DNA from: a virus
Virus genome (UHGV): UHGV-1368742
Length of the DNA stretch: 50,463 nucleotides
Strand: one strand, 5' to 3'
Positions 1 to 7,992 of the stretch are shown here, piece after piece. The number at the start of each line of letters is the position of its first letter. The stretch's first letter is position 1. The notes under the pieces are model-generated. The model was not told where the DNA came from. It made no database searches and saw nothing but the letters and a program-made list of their open reading frames with translations. Both the position numbers and the translations under genes were made by a program.

Positions 1-267
1 ATCACTATGCAATATTTGTTCTAACAAACAACATGCCTGTAAATCATTTAACTCTGGGTGTGCTTTCATAACAAAATCTAATGCGTTTCCTTTTGCTTCA
101 CAACCAAAACAAAAAAAAGTTCCATCATCCAAACAGATTCGCATTGATGGGTTTATATCATCATGGAAAGGACATAGGATATTAAACTCCGTTGTTGTTA
201 TTTCTTCAACAATTCCATAATAGATTAATACTTTCGCAAGTTCCTTTCCTCCGTATGTTCTTGTCAT
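1..267 (-). CDS. DnaG-type primase, N-terminal zinc-binding domain; 3' end of gene runs off window start
   Basis: Minus-strand ORF from ATG at 267 to position 1, open at edge: MTRTYGGKELAKVLIYYGIVEEITTTEFNILCPFHDDINPSMRICLDDGTFFCFGCEAKGNALDFVMKAHPELNDLQACCLLEQILHSD. This is the CHC2 zinc-finger pattern CPFHxE..PS....G.F.CFGC...GN..DFVM of DnaG. Confidence 0.6.
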   Translation of the reverse strand, partial: MTRTYGGKELAKVLIYYGIVEEITTTEFNILCPFHDDINPSMRICLDDGTFFCFGCEAKGNALDFVMKAHPELNDLQACCLLEQILHSD

Positions 268-277
268 GCATTTTATT

Positions 278-814
278 CTAGCCTTTCTGTTCTGTTATCT
301 TAATGTATGGCTCTGATATTTCAACATCACAACATTTTCCTAACTTCGCTTTGTCCTCTTTACTTATTTTGCCTGTCTCATACATTCTATCAAGTTCTGC
401 TTCGTCCATGCTTTCTTCAACATCAATGAACTTTTTAAACTTCTTTGCATCTACTCCACATTGTTTCAAATATTTAATAAGTCCATCCATATCATTTACT
501 TTGTATATTTTGTTTACAACTGTTTTGTATAACTGCTTTGAAATGTTTTGTTTTAACTTTTCAAACTTCCATGTTAACTTCTTTCTTCTGACTTTTGTTA
601 CTTTAAGTTTCACATGATTTGTATAATAGTTCATTCCATCTTTTAATTCAATGTCAAAGGTTTCTTCTCCTTTTGGAAGATTCGTAAACATAAAATTTGT
701 AACTGCAAGCTGTTCTTTTTTTCTTACTTCATCGTAATATTGGTCGAACTTCTTTTTCTCTTGTTGTGCTTCATACAATCTCCTAACGCTCTGTTCTATC
801 TGTGCTGTATTCAT
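278..814 (-). CDS. hypothetical early protein (Lys-rich, coiled-coil)
   Basis: 178-aa ORF in the minus-strand gene train. No recognisable motif. Confidence 0.45.
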   Translation of the reverse strand: MNTAQIEQSVRRLYEAQQEKKKFDQYYDEVRKKEQLAVTNFMFTNLPKGEETFDIELKDGMNYYTNHVKLKVTKVRRKKLTWKFEKLKQNISKQLYKTVVNKIYKVNDMDGLIKYLKQCGVDAKKFKKFIDVEESMDEAELDRMYETGKISKEDKAKLGKCCDVEISEPYIKITEQKG

Positions 815-1457
815 TCTTCTGTCCTGTCCTTTCTTTGTACTCTTTTACTGCCTGTCTCTGTGCATATAATACCGAATTAATATCCTTTGGATATGTTCTA
901 ATATTTACATCACGAATAAAAACAAGTTCATCAAATGTTAATTCTTTCTCTTCCCCTACTGGTGTCTGTACTCTTACAAGTTCCTTTTTTCTATTTACTC
1001 CGACAACTTTTGCCGACCCTAATTTCTTTAAAAGTTTCCCGTGTTTTGTTTCAATGAATCTAACATAACAAATCATGCATCCTACCTGTAATACATTATC
1101 ATAAATACGCTGTTCTTTTCTTGAGCCATATTTCATTTCGATTTCTTCAAGTGTTGCAAACTTTTTTTCTTCTGTTTCCTCTGTACTTGTTTTAACCTCT
1201 TCTGTTTCAAGTGCCTCTGTTTCAAATCCTTTTGTCTCAACCCATGATTCATCATCTTCATTGCTTAGTGCTGGCTGTTTTTCTACTTTTGTTTTACTTT
1301 TTGTTTCAATCCACGCTTCATCAGTTTCATTCTCATAAGCATTAAGTCTGTCAATCAACTCCTGTTTTGTAAACTTGTGTCCTTTACTCTCCAATGTGAG
1401 TCCTCTGTTTCTTGACTGCTGTTTTAACTCTGCAACTTTCATTTCCTCAAATCTCAT
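783..1457 (-). CDS. SAP/HeH-domain protein, acidic middle
   Basis: N-terminus VAELKQQSRNRGLTLESKGHKFTKQELIDRL fits the SAP / Rho-N-terminal helix-extension-helix motif. Followed by a Glu/Thr-rich acidic stretch. Confidence 0.5.
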   Translation of the reverse strand: MRFEEMKVAELKQQSRNRGLTLESKGHKFTKQELIDRLNAYENETDEAWIETKSKTKVEKQPALSNEDDESWVETKGFETEALETEEVKTSTEETEEKKFATLEEIEMKYGSRKEQRIYDNVLQVGCMICYVRFIETKHGKLLKKLGSAKVVGVNRKKELVRVQTPVGEEKELTFDELVFIRDVNIRTYPKDINSVLYAQRQAVKEYKERTGQKNEYSTDRTER

Positions 1458-1521
1458 TTGTTTTGTTCTCCTTTTCTTTTTATGTCTTAATTATATCACT
1501 CTTCTTTTTGTTTGTCAATAT

Positions 1522-1713
1522 TTATTTTAAAACAATTATACTGATAACTGACAACATATAAATCATTCCAAACAATGATAGGCAAGCTATAATATCATTG
1601 AAATCTTGTTTTGTTATACCCCATTCTTTCCAAAAGGCTTTGAACACTCTTTTGATTATCCTTGCCTTTCTTCTAACTTTTCTCTGTAGCTTTCTGTAAT
1701 TGTACGGTGTCAT
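1522..1713 (-). CDS. small basic protein with C-terminal transmembrane segment
   Basis: 63 aa. N-terminus is Arg/Lys-rich; C-terminus LSLFGMIYMLSVISIIVL is hydrophobic. Confidence 0.35.
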   Translation of the reverse strand: MTPYNYRKLQRKVRRKARIIKRVFKAFWKEWGITKQDFNDIIACLSLFGMIYMLSVISIIVLK

Positions 1714-1733
1714 TTTGTTTTATCTCCTTTTTT

Positions 1734-1976
1734 TTATGCGATTTCTACAGATTCCATAAAACTTCTTAATATTTGTTCTTCCTCTTCATTTGTTAAAAGT
1801 TCCATGTCCCAAAAAGCTCTTACATATCCATTGAAATGAGCTATATATTCATTTTTATACTCTGAAAATGTTTCACAAGAAATTAAACCTTTTTTATAAT
1901 GTTCATATCTATGATGAATTCTTCTAAGTATAAATATTTTTCTTTCTTTTATTTTGTTCATTGCTAATGTTTTCAT
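1734..1976 (-). CDS. hypothetical early protein
   Basis: 80-aa ORF directly downstream of the 43-bp consensus promoter copy at 2004..2046. RBS GGAGAA precedes the ATG. Confidence 0.45.
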   Translation of the reverse strand: MKTLAMNKIKERKIFILRRIHHRYEHYKKGLISCETFSEYKNEYIAHFNGYVRAFWDMELLTNEEEEQILRSFMESVEIA

Positions 1977-2003
1977 ATTCGTTTCTCCTTTTCTGTTCTC
2001 TCT

Positions 2004-2046
2004 TAACTTGATTTAATTATATATCAAGTGGTTAATTTTGTCAACA
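2004..2046 (-). promoter_or_regulatory. consensus sigmaA-type promoter with overlapping palindrome (copy 1 of an identical 43-bp repeat)
   Basis: Minus strand reads gTTGACAaaattaaccacttgataTATAATtaaatcaagttaa: -35 TTGACA, 17-nt spacer, -10 TATAAT. The inverted repeat acttgat...atcaagt spans the -10. Confidence 0.55.
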
Positions 2047-2052
2047 CTTTTT

Positions 2053-2244
2053 TCAATTTTGTAATAAATTCTGCATTTTTAACTTTCTTGCCAATATCCT
2101 ATTTGATTTTATTCTCTCATATGAGAAATCTTCTGTTCCTGTCTGCACGATTTCAAGATTTTCATTATACTCTACATAATGAACTTCATAATAGCTATCT
2201 GTAATTCTTGTTATCAACCCATACTCTCTAAATGTTTTCTTCAT
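2053..2244 (-). CDS. hypothetical early protein
   Basis: 63-aa ORF. RBS AGGAGG (ctaggaggaag) lies upstream, downstream of promoter copy 2. Confidence 0.45.
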   Translation of the reverse strand: MKKTFREYGLITRITDSYYEVHYVEYNENLEIVQTGTEDFSYERIKSNRILARKLKMQNLLQN

Positions 2245-2297
2245 TGTTTTTCTTCCTCCTAGTTTGTTTTGTTTTTGTTTGCTTTGTTTGCTTTCCT

Positions 2298-2340
2298 TTA
2301 ACTTGATTTAATTATATATCAAGTGGTTAATTTTGTCAAC
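2298..2340 (-). promoter_or_regulatory. consensus sigmaA-type promoter plus palindrome (copy 2, identical to 2004..2046)
   Basis: Identical 43-nt sequence ttaacttgatttaattatatatcaagtggttaattttgtcaac, followed by a conserved 5' UTR cctcctagtttgttttg.... Confidence 0.55.
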
Positions 2341-2357
2341 CCCCTTAATTATATTTT

Positions 2358-2699
2358 TTAATCGAATAAGCAATATCTTGCATAGTTATAACCTTGTGTA
2401 TTTACAAAAAACTTTTGTTTTGTTTCCTCATTTACAATCATTATAACATATTGTGTGTAATCTTCTTCACATCCACAAGGAACATCTTTTAAAAAATCAA
2501 AATCTTTTAATAAATTATTTTTGAAATAAACAAATTCTTTGTCATTCATAATAAATGCCATTGAGCAAATTGCCTTTACATTGTAATATTCATTTTCATC
2601 TAACAATTGTTCTGTATATTCCTCAAGTGTATTGTTTTTATTTAATGCAGGCTCTGCTAAATTTAATTTCATTTCTGTTTTAAATGTTCTTTTCTTCAT
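2358..2699 (-). CDS. hypothetical early protein
   Basis: 113-aa ORF. RBS AGGAGG upstream. A third related promoter lies upstream at 2763..2790. Confidence 0.45.
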   Translation of the reverse strand: MKKRTFKTEMKLNLAEPALNKNNTLEEYTEQLLDENEYYNVKAICSMAFIMNDKEFVYFKNNLLKDFDFLKDVPCGCEEDYTQYVIMIVNEETKQKFFVNTQGYNYARYCLFD

Positions 2700-2762
2700 T
2701 TGTTTTGTTCCTCCTAGTTTGTTTTGTTTGCTTTATTAACTGTTTACCTTTAACTTGATTAT

Positions 2763-2790
2763 ATTATAACATATATAAAACAAAAGTCAA
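2763..2790 (-). promoter_or_regulatory. sigmaA-type promoter (TTGACT-N16-TATAAT)
   Basis: Minus strand reads gtaTTGACTtttgttttatatatgtTATAATat. Shares the ttaacttgatt segment and UTR with the 43-bp repeats. Confidence 0.45.
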
Positions 2791-2885
2791 TACTTTTTAT
2801 AAAATATTTTAAAATAAATAAAGCTATATATTATATATAATATAATTAATATATTTATATATTTTATATAGCTTTATGCTTTGTT

Positions 2886-3620
2886 TTATTTATTTGTTTT
2901 ATTATATTTTGTTTCTTTCTTCTTCCACTTATCTGTATAAGTATCATTGTATTTGTTTTTGTATTTGTTATGATATTTGTCCTGCATACTGTGAATTGCT
3001 ATTACATCATAGCCTGTTCCATTAAGCTGTTCACACATTCTGTTGATTTCTTTTAGTTCTTTTGTTACATCCTGTATGAGTTTTGAAATGTAATCTGCAT
3101 CTGCTCCCATTCCATTATTCATACATTTCTGCCACTGTTCCTCATACAGTTCTTTTGTTTCATGTTCCCACTGTTTGTACCGTTCCATTGCGTTCTTTAC
3201 AAACTTAGGAAGAACACTGTCATTCACATCATCTGTTGTGTATTTACTCCAATCTCTAGGAATCATCTGTGGAAACTGCACTTGTCTTAAAGGAATTAAC
3301 TTCTGATGAAGATTTATATATTTATGGTGAAGCTTTCTTTTGCTTGCACATTCATCCATATATTGACATTCTAATTTTCGTTTGAAACCCTGTAATCCAA
3401 GGAAACAAAAATAGTCTGCTAGCTGTTCATGGAAACTTAATGCTTTCTGCATGTGTTCATCAAGTTTTATATATACTTCTTCTGCAATGCTTTCTTGCAT
3501 ACGTTTGTTTCTTTGTGTTCCCATGTATGGTTGCTGTTCCTGTGTATTCCATCCTTGTTCTGTATTTGTTTTGTTTTGATTTATGTTTTCATCATATTTC
3601 ACACCATTTACTTCATACAT
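2886..3620 (-). CDS. hypothetical protein
   Basis: 244-aa ORF rich in K/Q/Y/W. No motif recognised. Confidence 0.45.
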   Translation of the reverse strand: MYEVNGVKYDENINQNKTNTEQGWNTQEQQPYMGTQRNKRMQESIAEEVYIKLDEHMQKALSFHEQLADYFCFLGLQGFKRKLECQYMDECASKRKLHHKYINLHQKLIPLRQVQFPQMIPRDWSKYTTDDVNDSVLPKFVKNAMERYKQWEHETKELYEEQWQKCMNNGMGADADYISKLIQDVTKELKEINRMCEQLNGTGYDVIAIHSMQDKYHNKYKNKYNDTYTDKWKKKETKYNKTNK

Positions 3621-3638
3621 TGTTTTGCCCTCCTATTA

Positions 3639-4013
3639 CTATATTACTGGAAAATTATAGCTTGTTCCGCACAGCTCACAACCGCTAACCATAAAAGTAC
3701 CAACATCTGTCGCAACATTTGTATGATACACTTTTCTACTTCTTAACTGGTCTGCATGGACATTGTTTCCACACTTTGTTCTAAGCACATATTGTGTTGT
3801 TCCTGTTCCGATTGTTATAGCTACCGTTTCTGCACTTGTTACTGTCGGAATTGCCTGTGCTATACAGATACATACTTTTTCTTTGTTGCTATAAGTTGCC
3901 TGTGGAATATTCAGAATCAAAACACCATCCTGTACTGTTACACTATTTGTTTTCACAAAATGAACGCATCCACCGCATCCATATCCATTATTATTGTATA
4001 AACTACATGCCAT
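3639..4013 (-). CDS. Cys/Gly-rich small protein (N-terminal MACSLYNNNGYGCGGC)
   Basis: 124 aa. The N-terminal Asn/Gly/Cys cluster echoes the C-terminal ACNNGCGC of the upstream ORF 4127..4834. Confidence 0.45.
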   Translation of the reverse strand: MACSLYNNNGYGCGGCVHFVKTNSVTVQDGVLILNIPQATYSNKEKVCICIAQAIPTVTSAETVAITIGTGTTQYVLRTKCGNNVHADQLRSRKVYHTNVATDVGTFMVSGCELCGTSYNFPVI

Positions 4014-4052
4014 TTTATATCACCCTTTCTAATACTTCTAATTAAACGAATA

Positions 4053-4072
4053 GGGCGGTTTTTATGCCGCCC
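4053..4072 (-). terminator. GC-rich stem-loop between two genes (terminator/attenuator candidate)
   Basis: gggcgg-tttttatg-ccgccc. A 6-bp perfect GC stem in an otherwise AT-rich region. U-tract on the minus strand is weak (tattcgtttaatt). Confidence 0.35.
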
Positions 4073-4126
4073 CTACAAATATATCACGCATAAGCGGAAA
4101 GTCTCTTAAATCATCAAATAAACACT

Positions 4127-4834
4127 TTAGCATCCGCATCCATTATTACAAGCTGTTCCATAATGTGAAAACAACTGTGCGCTTTCATATGGACTACATG
4201 TCTGATATGCCGGAATTGGTGTTGGTCTTAATGTTGAAATCAGTGTTGCGTTCTGTGCCTGCTGACTCAGCTGGAAGTTTGCTGTCTGTAACTGGTCACG
4301 TAAGCTCTGAATCTCATTCTGTGTCATCAATGCTCTTGTTGCATCACCATCTGCTTTGATAGCGTTTACAATATCACAAGTATTTCTTGCGTTCTCATAT
4401 CTTACAGAATCTATAGACCTCTGGGTAGTGCAACAACAATCCGCAAGCTGTGAAGCAAGTGCATTTGTGTTCTGCATTCCCGCTACTGCTACATTGTTAA
4501 TTGCTTGCTGTGTTCCATTGAAACCATTCAGAAGTGAAGTATTAACCGAATAGAATCCATCACAAATTCCATTCTCCAAACCATTCAATTTATTCATTAC
4601 TGCTTGGTTGTCGAATCCTCTCTGGATTGCACTATCTGTATATGCGCTTGCTGTACTGTTCATACCATTTCCACCCCAGTTTCCAAAATTACCTCCCCAT
4701 GCAAGTAGGAAGAATAAGAAGAAAATCCAGCTTCCGTTTCCATCACCAAACATTCCATTGTTCTCTTTTCCGAGTGCTAATGCATCAGCTACACTCAATC
4801 CATTTCCATCCATTCCCATAATTGTTACCTCCAT
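4127..4834 (-). CDS. Gly/Asn-rich membrane protein with coiled-coil and C-terminal Cys cluster
   Basis: Carries GNGSWIFFLFFLLAWGGNFGNWGGNG (a transmembrane core flanked by Gly/Asn). Also a Q/N-rich coiled-coil segment, and ends ...GTACNNGCGC. Confidence 0.5.
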   Translation of the reverse strand: MEVTIMGMDGNGLSVADALALGKENNGMFGDGNGSWIFFLFFLLAWGGNFGNWGGNGMNSTASAYTDSAIQRGFDNQAVMNKLNGLENGICDGFYSVNTSLLNGFNGTQQAINNVAVAGMQNTNALASQLADCCCTTQRSIDSVRYENARNTCDIVNAIKADGDATRALMTQNEIQSLRDQLQTANFQLSQQAQNATLISTLRPTPIPAYQTCSPYESAQLFSHYGTACNNGCGC

Positions 4835-4868
4835 TAAAATAATTTATATAAATCACTATATGTACACT

Positions 4869-5057
4869 TTAGTGACTCATACCACCCATAAAAGCTTGAA
4901 ATTGTTTATAAGCCTGTTCTATATCTATTCCTCTTTGCTTACATAAGTTTCTTGCTACTTGCTCAAGTTCTTTTTCAGATTTACCTTGCGCCATTTCTTC
5001 TGCTCTTTTAAAAAGCGGATTATTCTGCATCATTTGTTTGCTCAACTTCTGAAACAT
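4869..5057 (-). CDS. hypothetical small protein
   Basis: 62-aa ORF that overlaps the start of 5020..5454. Weak call. Confidence 0.3.
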   Translation of the reverse strand: MFQKLSKQMMQNNPLFKRAEEMAQGKSEKELEQVARNLCKQRGIDIEQAYKQFQAFMGGMSH

Positions 5058-5454
5058 ATGCTGTACCCTCCTTTAGCTCTCTTATCCTTTGTTTCAATTC
5101 ACTTACAACATTTTCAAACTGCTGTTTAGAAACATATTCAACACTTGTTTTATTTTCTGTTGGTTTTAATATATATGTTTTAAGTTCTGCTGAACCATCT
5201 AACAATATTTGCTTTGTATAGATACATCCATTTGCAATATCAGTGAAAACAAATAAACTGCCATCTAAATCAATCATGCTTGCTTTCGCTTCATCATAAC
5301 TTGAAACTGGTCTACCTTTTAACATCTGCGTTTGACTCTGATTTTGCATATATGGCTGTTGGTAATTGTATTGCTGTTCCATCTGTGCAATTCTATTTTG
5401 TGTTAATTGTTGCTGATATGGATTCATCCCATACCCTGTATAATTGTACATCAA
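5020..5454 (-). CDS. hypothetical protein with Gln/Tyr-rich low-complexity N-terminus
   Basis: N-terminus MMYNYTGYGMNPYQQQLTQN...QQYNYQQPYMQNQSQTQM. RBS aaaggagtgg lies upstream. Confidence 0.45.
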   Translation of the reverse strand: MMYNYTGYGMNPYQQQLTQNRIAQMEQQYNYQQPYMQNQSQTQMLKGRPVSSYDEAKASMIDLDGSLFVFTDIANGCIYTKQILLDGSAELKTYILKPTENKTSVEYVSKQQFENVVSELKQRIRELKEGTAYVSEVEQTNDAE

Positions 5455-5548
5455 TCACCACTCCTTTCATGCTTTTAATATATCATACTTTTCACATTTT
5501 GAAATATAAACAAAGTATACTAGGAATAACCTTAAAGAATATGTGCAA

Positions 5549-5573
5549 TAAAAAAGGAGTGCTTTCGCACTCC
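5549..5573 (-). terminator. rho-independent terminator after the sigma-like gene
   Basis: ggagtgc-tttc-gcactcc is a perfect 7-bp stem. It is followed on the minus strand by TTTTTTATT, directly after the TGA at 5575. Confidence 0.65.
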
Positions 5574-5574
5574 C

Positions 5575-5886
5575 TCAAATCATTCTGCCTATTTTCATAA
5601 GCATCTTTCTGTGTTTCTTTTTAACTGCTATTTCAGATAATCCTATTTCATCTGCTATACATTGCAAGGTTTTCTTCTCCTTATAATGCATCCATAAGAT
5701 TTTCTTTTCTTCTTCACTTAACATTGTTTGTTCCATCAAATCACCAAACTCTTTTACAGAGCTTATGTCCTTTAGCTTCGTTCTAGTTTCTGCATTCTTT
5801 TTATCCATGCTTACCACTTCCCATAAACTTTCCGCATACTGGACATTTCTTAGGATTTCCACCTTGTCTATTTCTACTTTTCGCAA
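5575..5886 (-). CDS. sigma-70 region-4-like (ECF r4_2 type) transcriptional regulator
   Basis: LSEEEKKILWMHYKEKKTLQCIADEIGLSEIAVKKKHRKMLMKI matches the sigma-70 region 4 HTH. Only region 4 is present. The ORF-track start is TTG and there is no ATG. The true start may be internal (MDKKNAE..., 76 aa). Confidence 0.55.
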   Translation of the reverse strand: MRKVEIDKVEILRNVQYAESLWEVVSMDKKNAETRTKLKDISSVKEFGDLMEQTMLSEEEKKILWMHYKEKKTLQCIADEIGLSEIAVKKKHRKMLMKIGRMI

Positions 5887-5943
5887 TTTTAACTGTTTTA
5901 ATTGTCCTCGTTTTTGTTACATGTATGCTTGCTTTCGCCATCC

Positions 5944-6234
5944 TTAATTCTCACCACCTTGGTTGTGAACTGCATTGTCGTTATATTGATTTCCGCTTAC
6001 ATCATTATATTCTGCATTTGCGTTGTCTCCGCTTGTTTCAATGTCAACATCTTTTCCATTTGTTCCTGTTGTTACATAATCAAATTGTGATTCATACCAA
6101 ACAAAACAACCAAAGCTAAATGCTGATTGCAAAAACATTAAAACAATTAGAATGATAATTATAATATCTTTTAGTTTGTTAGAACGTTTATACTCTTTCT
6201 GAACGTCTATCAAAACTTCGCTAAATTCTTCCAT
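5944..6234 (-). CDS. small membrane protein
   Basis: One strong transmembrane helix (IIIIILIVLMFLQSAFSFGCFVW). Confidence 0.4.
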   Translation of the reverse strand: MEEFSEVLIDVQKEYKRSNKLKDIIIIILIVLMFLQSAFSFGCFVWYESQFDYVTTGTNGKDVDIETSGDNANAEYNDVSGNQYNDNAVHNQGGEN

Positions 6235-6249
6235 GCTTGTTTCACTTCC

Positions 6250-7245
6250 TTAAATTGTTGCGTCTTTATATTTTCCATTTACTTTTACTTTTACAATTCC
6301 TGTACTGTATTTTCCATCTTTTCTATACATCATACCAGTTTTATATTTACTACCTTGTTTTGTGTAACAATTTGCTTGTAACTTAAATATTGCATACAAT
6401 GTCATGTTTGCTGTTATTATGTTCGTTTCTTCAATATATGAACCACTTCCATTTTGATTTGTGTTCCATCCTAGAAACTTATAATTAGCTCTTTCTGCTG
6501 TTGGCAATGAACCTATTCTGTCTCCATAATAAACCATTCTTACAACGAAATCAGAACCACTAACTGTTCCTCCATTTGATTTTGCATCAAATTTAATTAC
6601 ACAACTTATTCTCTCCCACACTGCATATAAGTCTGCATTTCTTTCATACGACCATATCCATGGCTTTCCAATGTACGGAGTCCAGTCTGTTCCATTACTT
6701 TCCCTCCAACCTTTAAACACATAACCATTTCTTGTAAAAAAGTTTTCTTGCGTAACATAACTCGAACCATAATAAACTTGCTCTGACCATCTGTCCTTTT
6801 GATTCCACAGACCACCGTTTCCATAATAAGTAATTGTATATCTGTCTATTGCCGGAATTGTAAAGTTTACACTTGCTGTGTATGAGTTTCCTCCACCATA
6901 TTCGATTCCTGTAAACCTAGCAGAGCATGTACCAATAGAACTAGATGTTCCTCTATTGTATGTTTTACTGTATGTTCCGATTAAAACTTGGTTTGCTGTA
7001 TCCCAGTCATGTCCAGAACTTGTATTAATGCTTCTACTTCCAATACTTGAACTTGCTGAACTACCCCAGTCAAAATAAAACGTATTAGAACTATCTTGAC
7101 ATGAATACTGCGACCAATACCATACTTGCACTGTTATTGTAGTTTGTGTTTTGCTATTTGAAGATTCTACATGCAATCCTATGCAGCCTTGGTAAGCTGT
7201 TCCTGTTGATGCAGAACTCCATTGTGTACCACTTGGTGCTGACAT
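6250..7245 (-). CDS. tail-associated receptor-binding candidate with two Flg_new (Listeria-Bacteroides) repeats
   Basis: Two repeats: NGYVFKGWRE...ADLYAVWE and ANYKFLGWNTNQNGSGSYIEETNIITANMTLYAIFK. These fit the YxFxGW...LYAxW repeat. Ser/Thr/Gly-rich N-terminal domain. Located last in the tail module. Confidence 0.55.
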   Translation of the reverse strand: MSAPSGTQWSSASTGTAYQGCIGLHVESSNSKTQTTITVQVWYWSQYSCQDSSNTFYFDWGSSASSSIGSRSINTSSGHDWDTANQVLIGTYSKTYNRGTSSSIGTCSARFTGIEYGGGNSYTASVNFTIPAIDRYTITYYGNGGLWNQKDRWSEQVYYGSSYVTQENFFTRNGYVFKGWRESNGTDWTPYIGKPWIWSYERNADLYAVWERISCVIKFDAKSNGGTVSGSDFVVRMVYYGDRIGSLPTAERANYKFLGWNTNQNGSGSYIEETNIITANMTLYAIFKLQANCYTKQGSKYKTGMMYRKDGKYSTGIVKVKVNGKYKDATI

Positions 7246-7257
7246 TTATCACACCTC

Positions 7258-7968
7258 CTACTCAGTTGTGCGGATATATATATCTCCGTCTTTTCCAATC
7301 GAATCACTTGGTTCTGATGCCCCCTGTCTAACTGTAGGCATTGCATCTACCTTTGTTTTAATCTCATTAATTTGATTTTGTAGGCTTGTTGCAACGTCCT
7401 GTCCAAGTTGTCCTTTGATTCCGTCAAACCATTCGTTAAACATTGCCGTAAACTGCGAAAACAAATCAGATGTGCTTATCTGCTGAACAACACCTGTGAC
7501 AAAACCACACACCTCATTGTATGGTCGCATATCTGTTATATCTGACGGACTAAAGCTAGACGCACCGATTGGCTTTCTTATTGTTGCTAACTGTATTTCT
7601 TTGACTGTTGATGTTCTTGAAACACTCACATCATTCTGCTTTAATTCGAGTGACATTTTTCTGTTTGTTTTATCAAGTCTTATTACAACTGAATCTTCTT
7701 GAACATATGATGAACTATTAACTGGAATTGTTAATATTTTGTTTTCCGTTAGTTCATAGTAATATCCATCTATATATGCACTCCCAGCCTTAACAGTTAC
7801 TTTTAATCCACTTTGCGCTGAAACTTTTAACCCATCTGTAGGATTTACAAAAACACCATTTCCGATAAACTTTGAAAAATAGTTTGCAAAATCTTCTGCA
7901 TTGTATGTTCTATCATAAACTCCGCTACTTGTTTCAACTGCGTTAAAAAAACCATACTTTTCTGCCAC
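7258..7968 (-). CDS. tail fibre / structural protein
   Basis: N-terminus MAEKYGFFNAVETSSGVYDRTYNAEDFANYFSKF is typical of the conserved N-terminal anchor of Firmicutes prophage tail fibres. Sits directly after Tal. Confidence 0.5.
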   Translation of the reverse strand: MAEKYGFFNAVETSSGVYDRTYNAEDFANYFSKFIGNGVFVNPTDGLKVSAQSGLKVTVKAGSAYIDGYYYELTENKILTIPVNSSSYVQEDSVVIRLDKTNRKMSLELKQNDVSVSRTSTVKEIQLATIRKPIGASSFSPSDITDMRPYNEVCGFVTGVVQQISTSDLFSQFTAMFNEWFDGIKGQLGQDVATSLQNQINEIKTKVDAMPTVRQGASEPSDSIGKDGDIYIRTTE

Positions 7969-7992
7969 AGCAAATCACTCCTTTCAATTATT

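Noticed and set aside
6606-6824. Minus-strand ORF nested inside the Flg_new-repeat gene
   Set aside because: Out-of-frame overlap with a gene that has clear domain signatures. No RBS.
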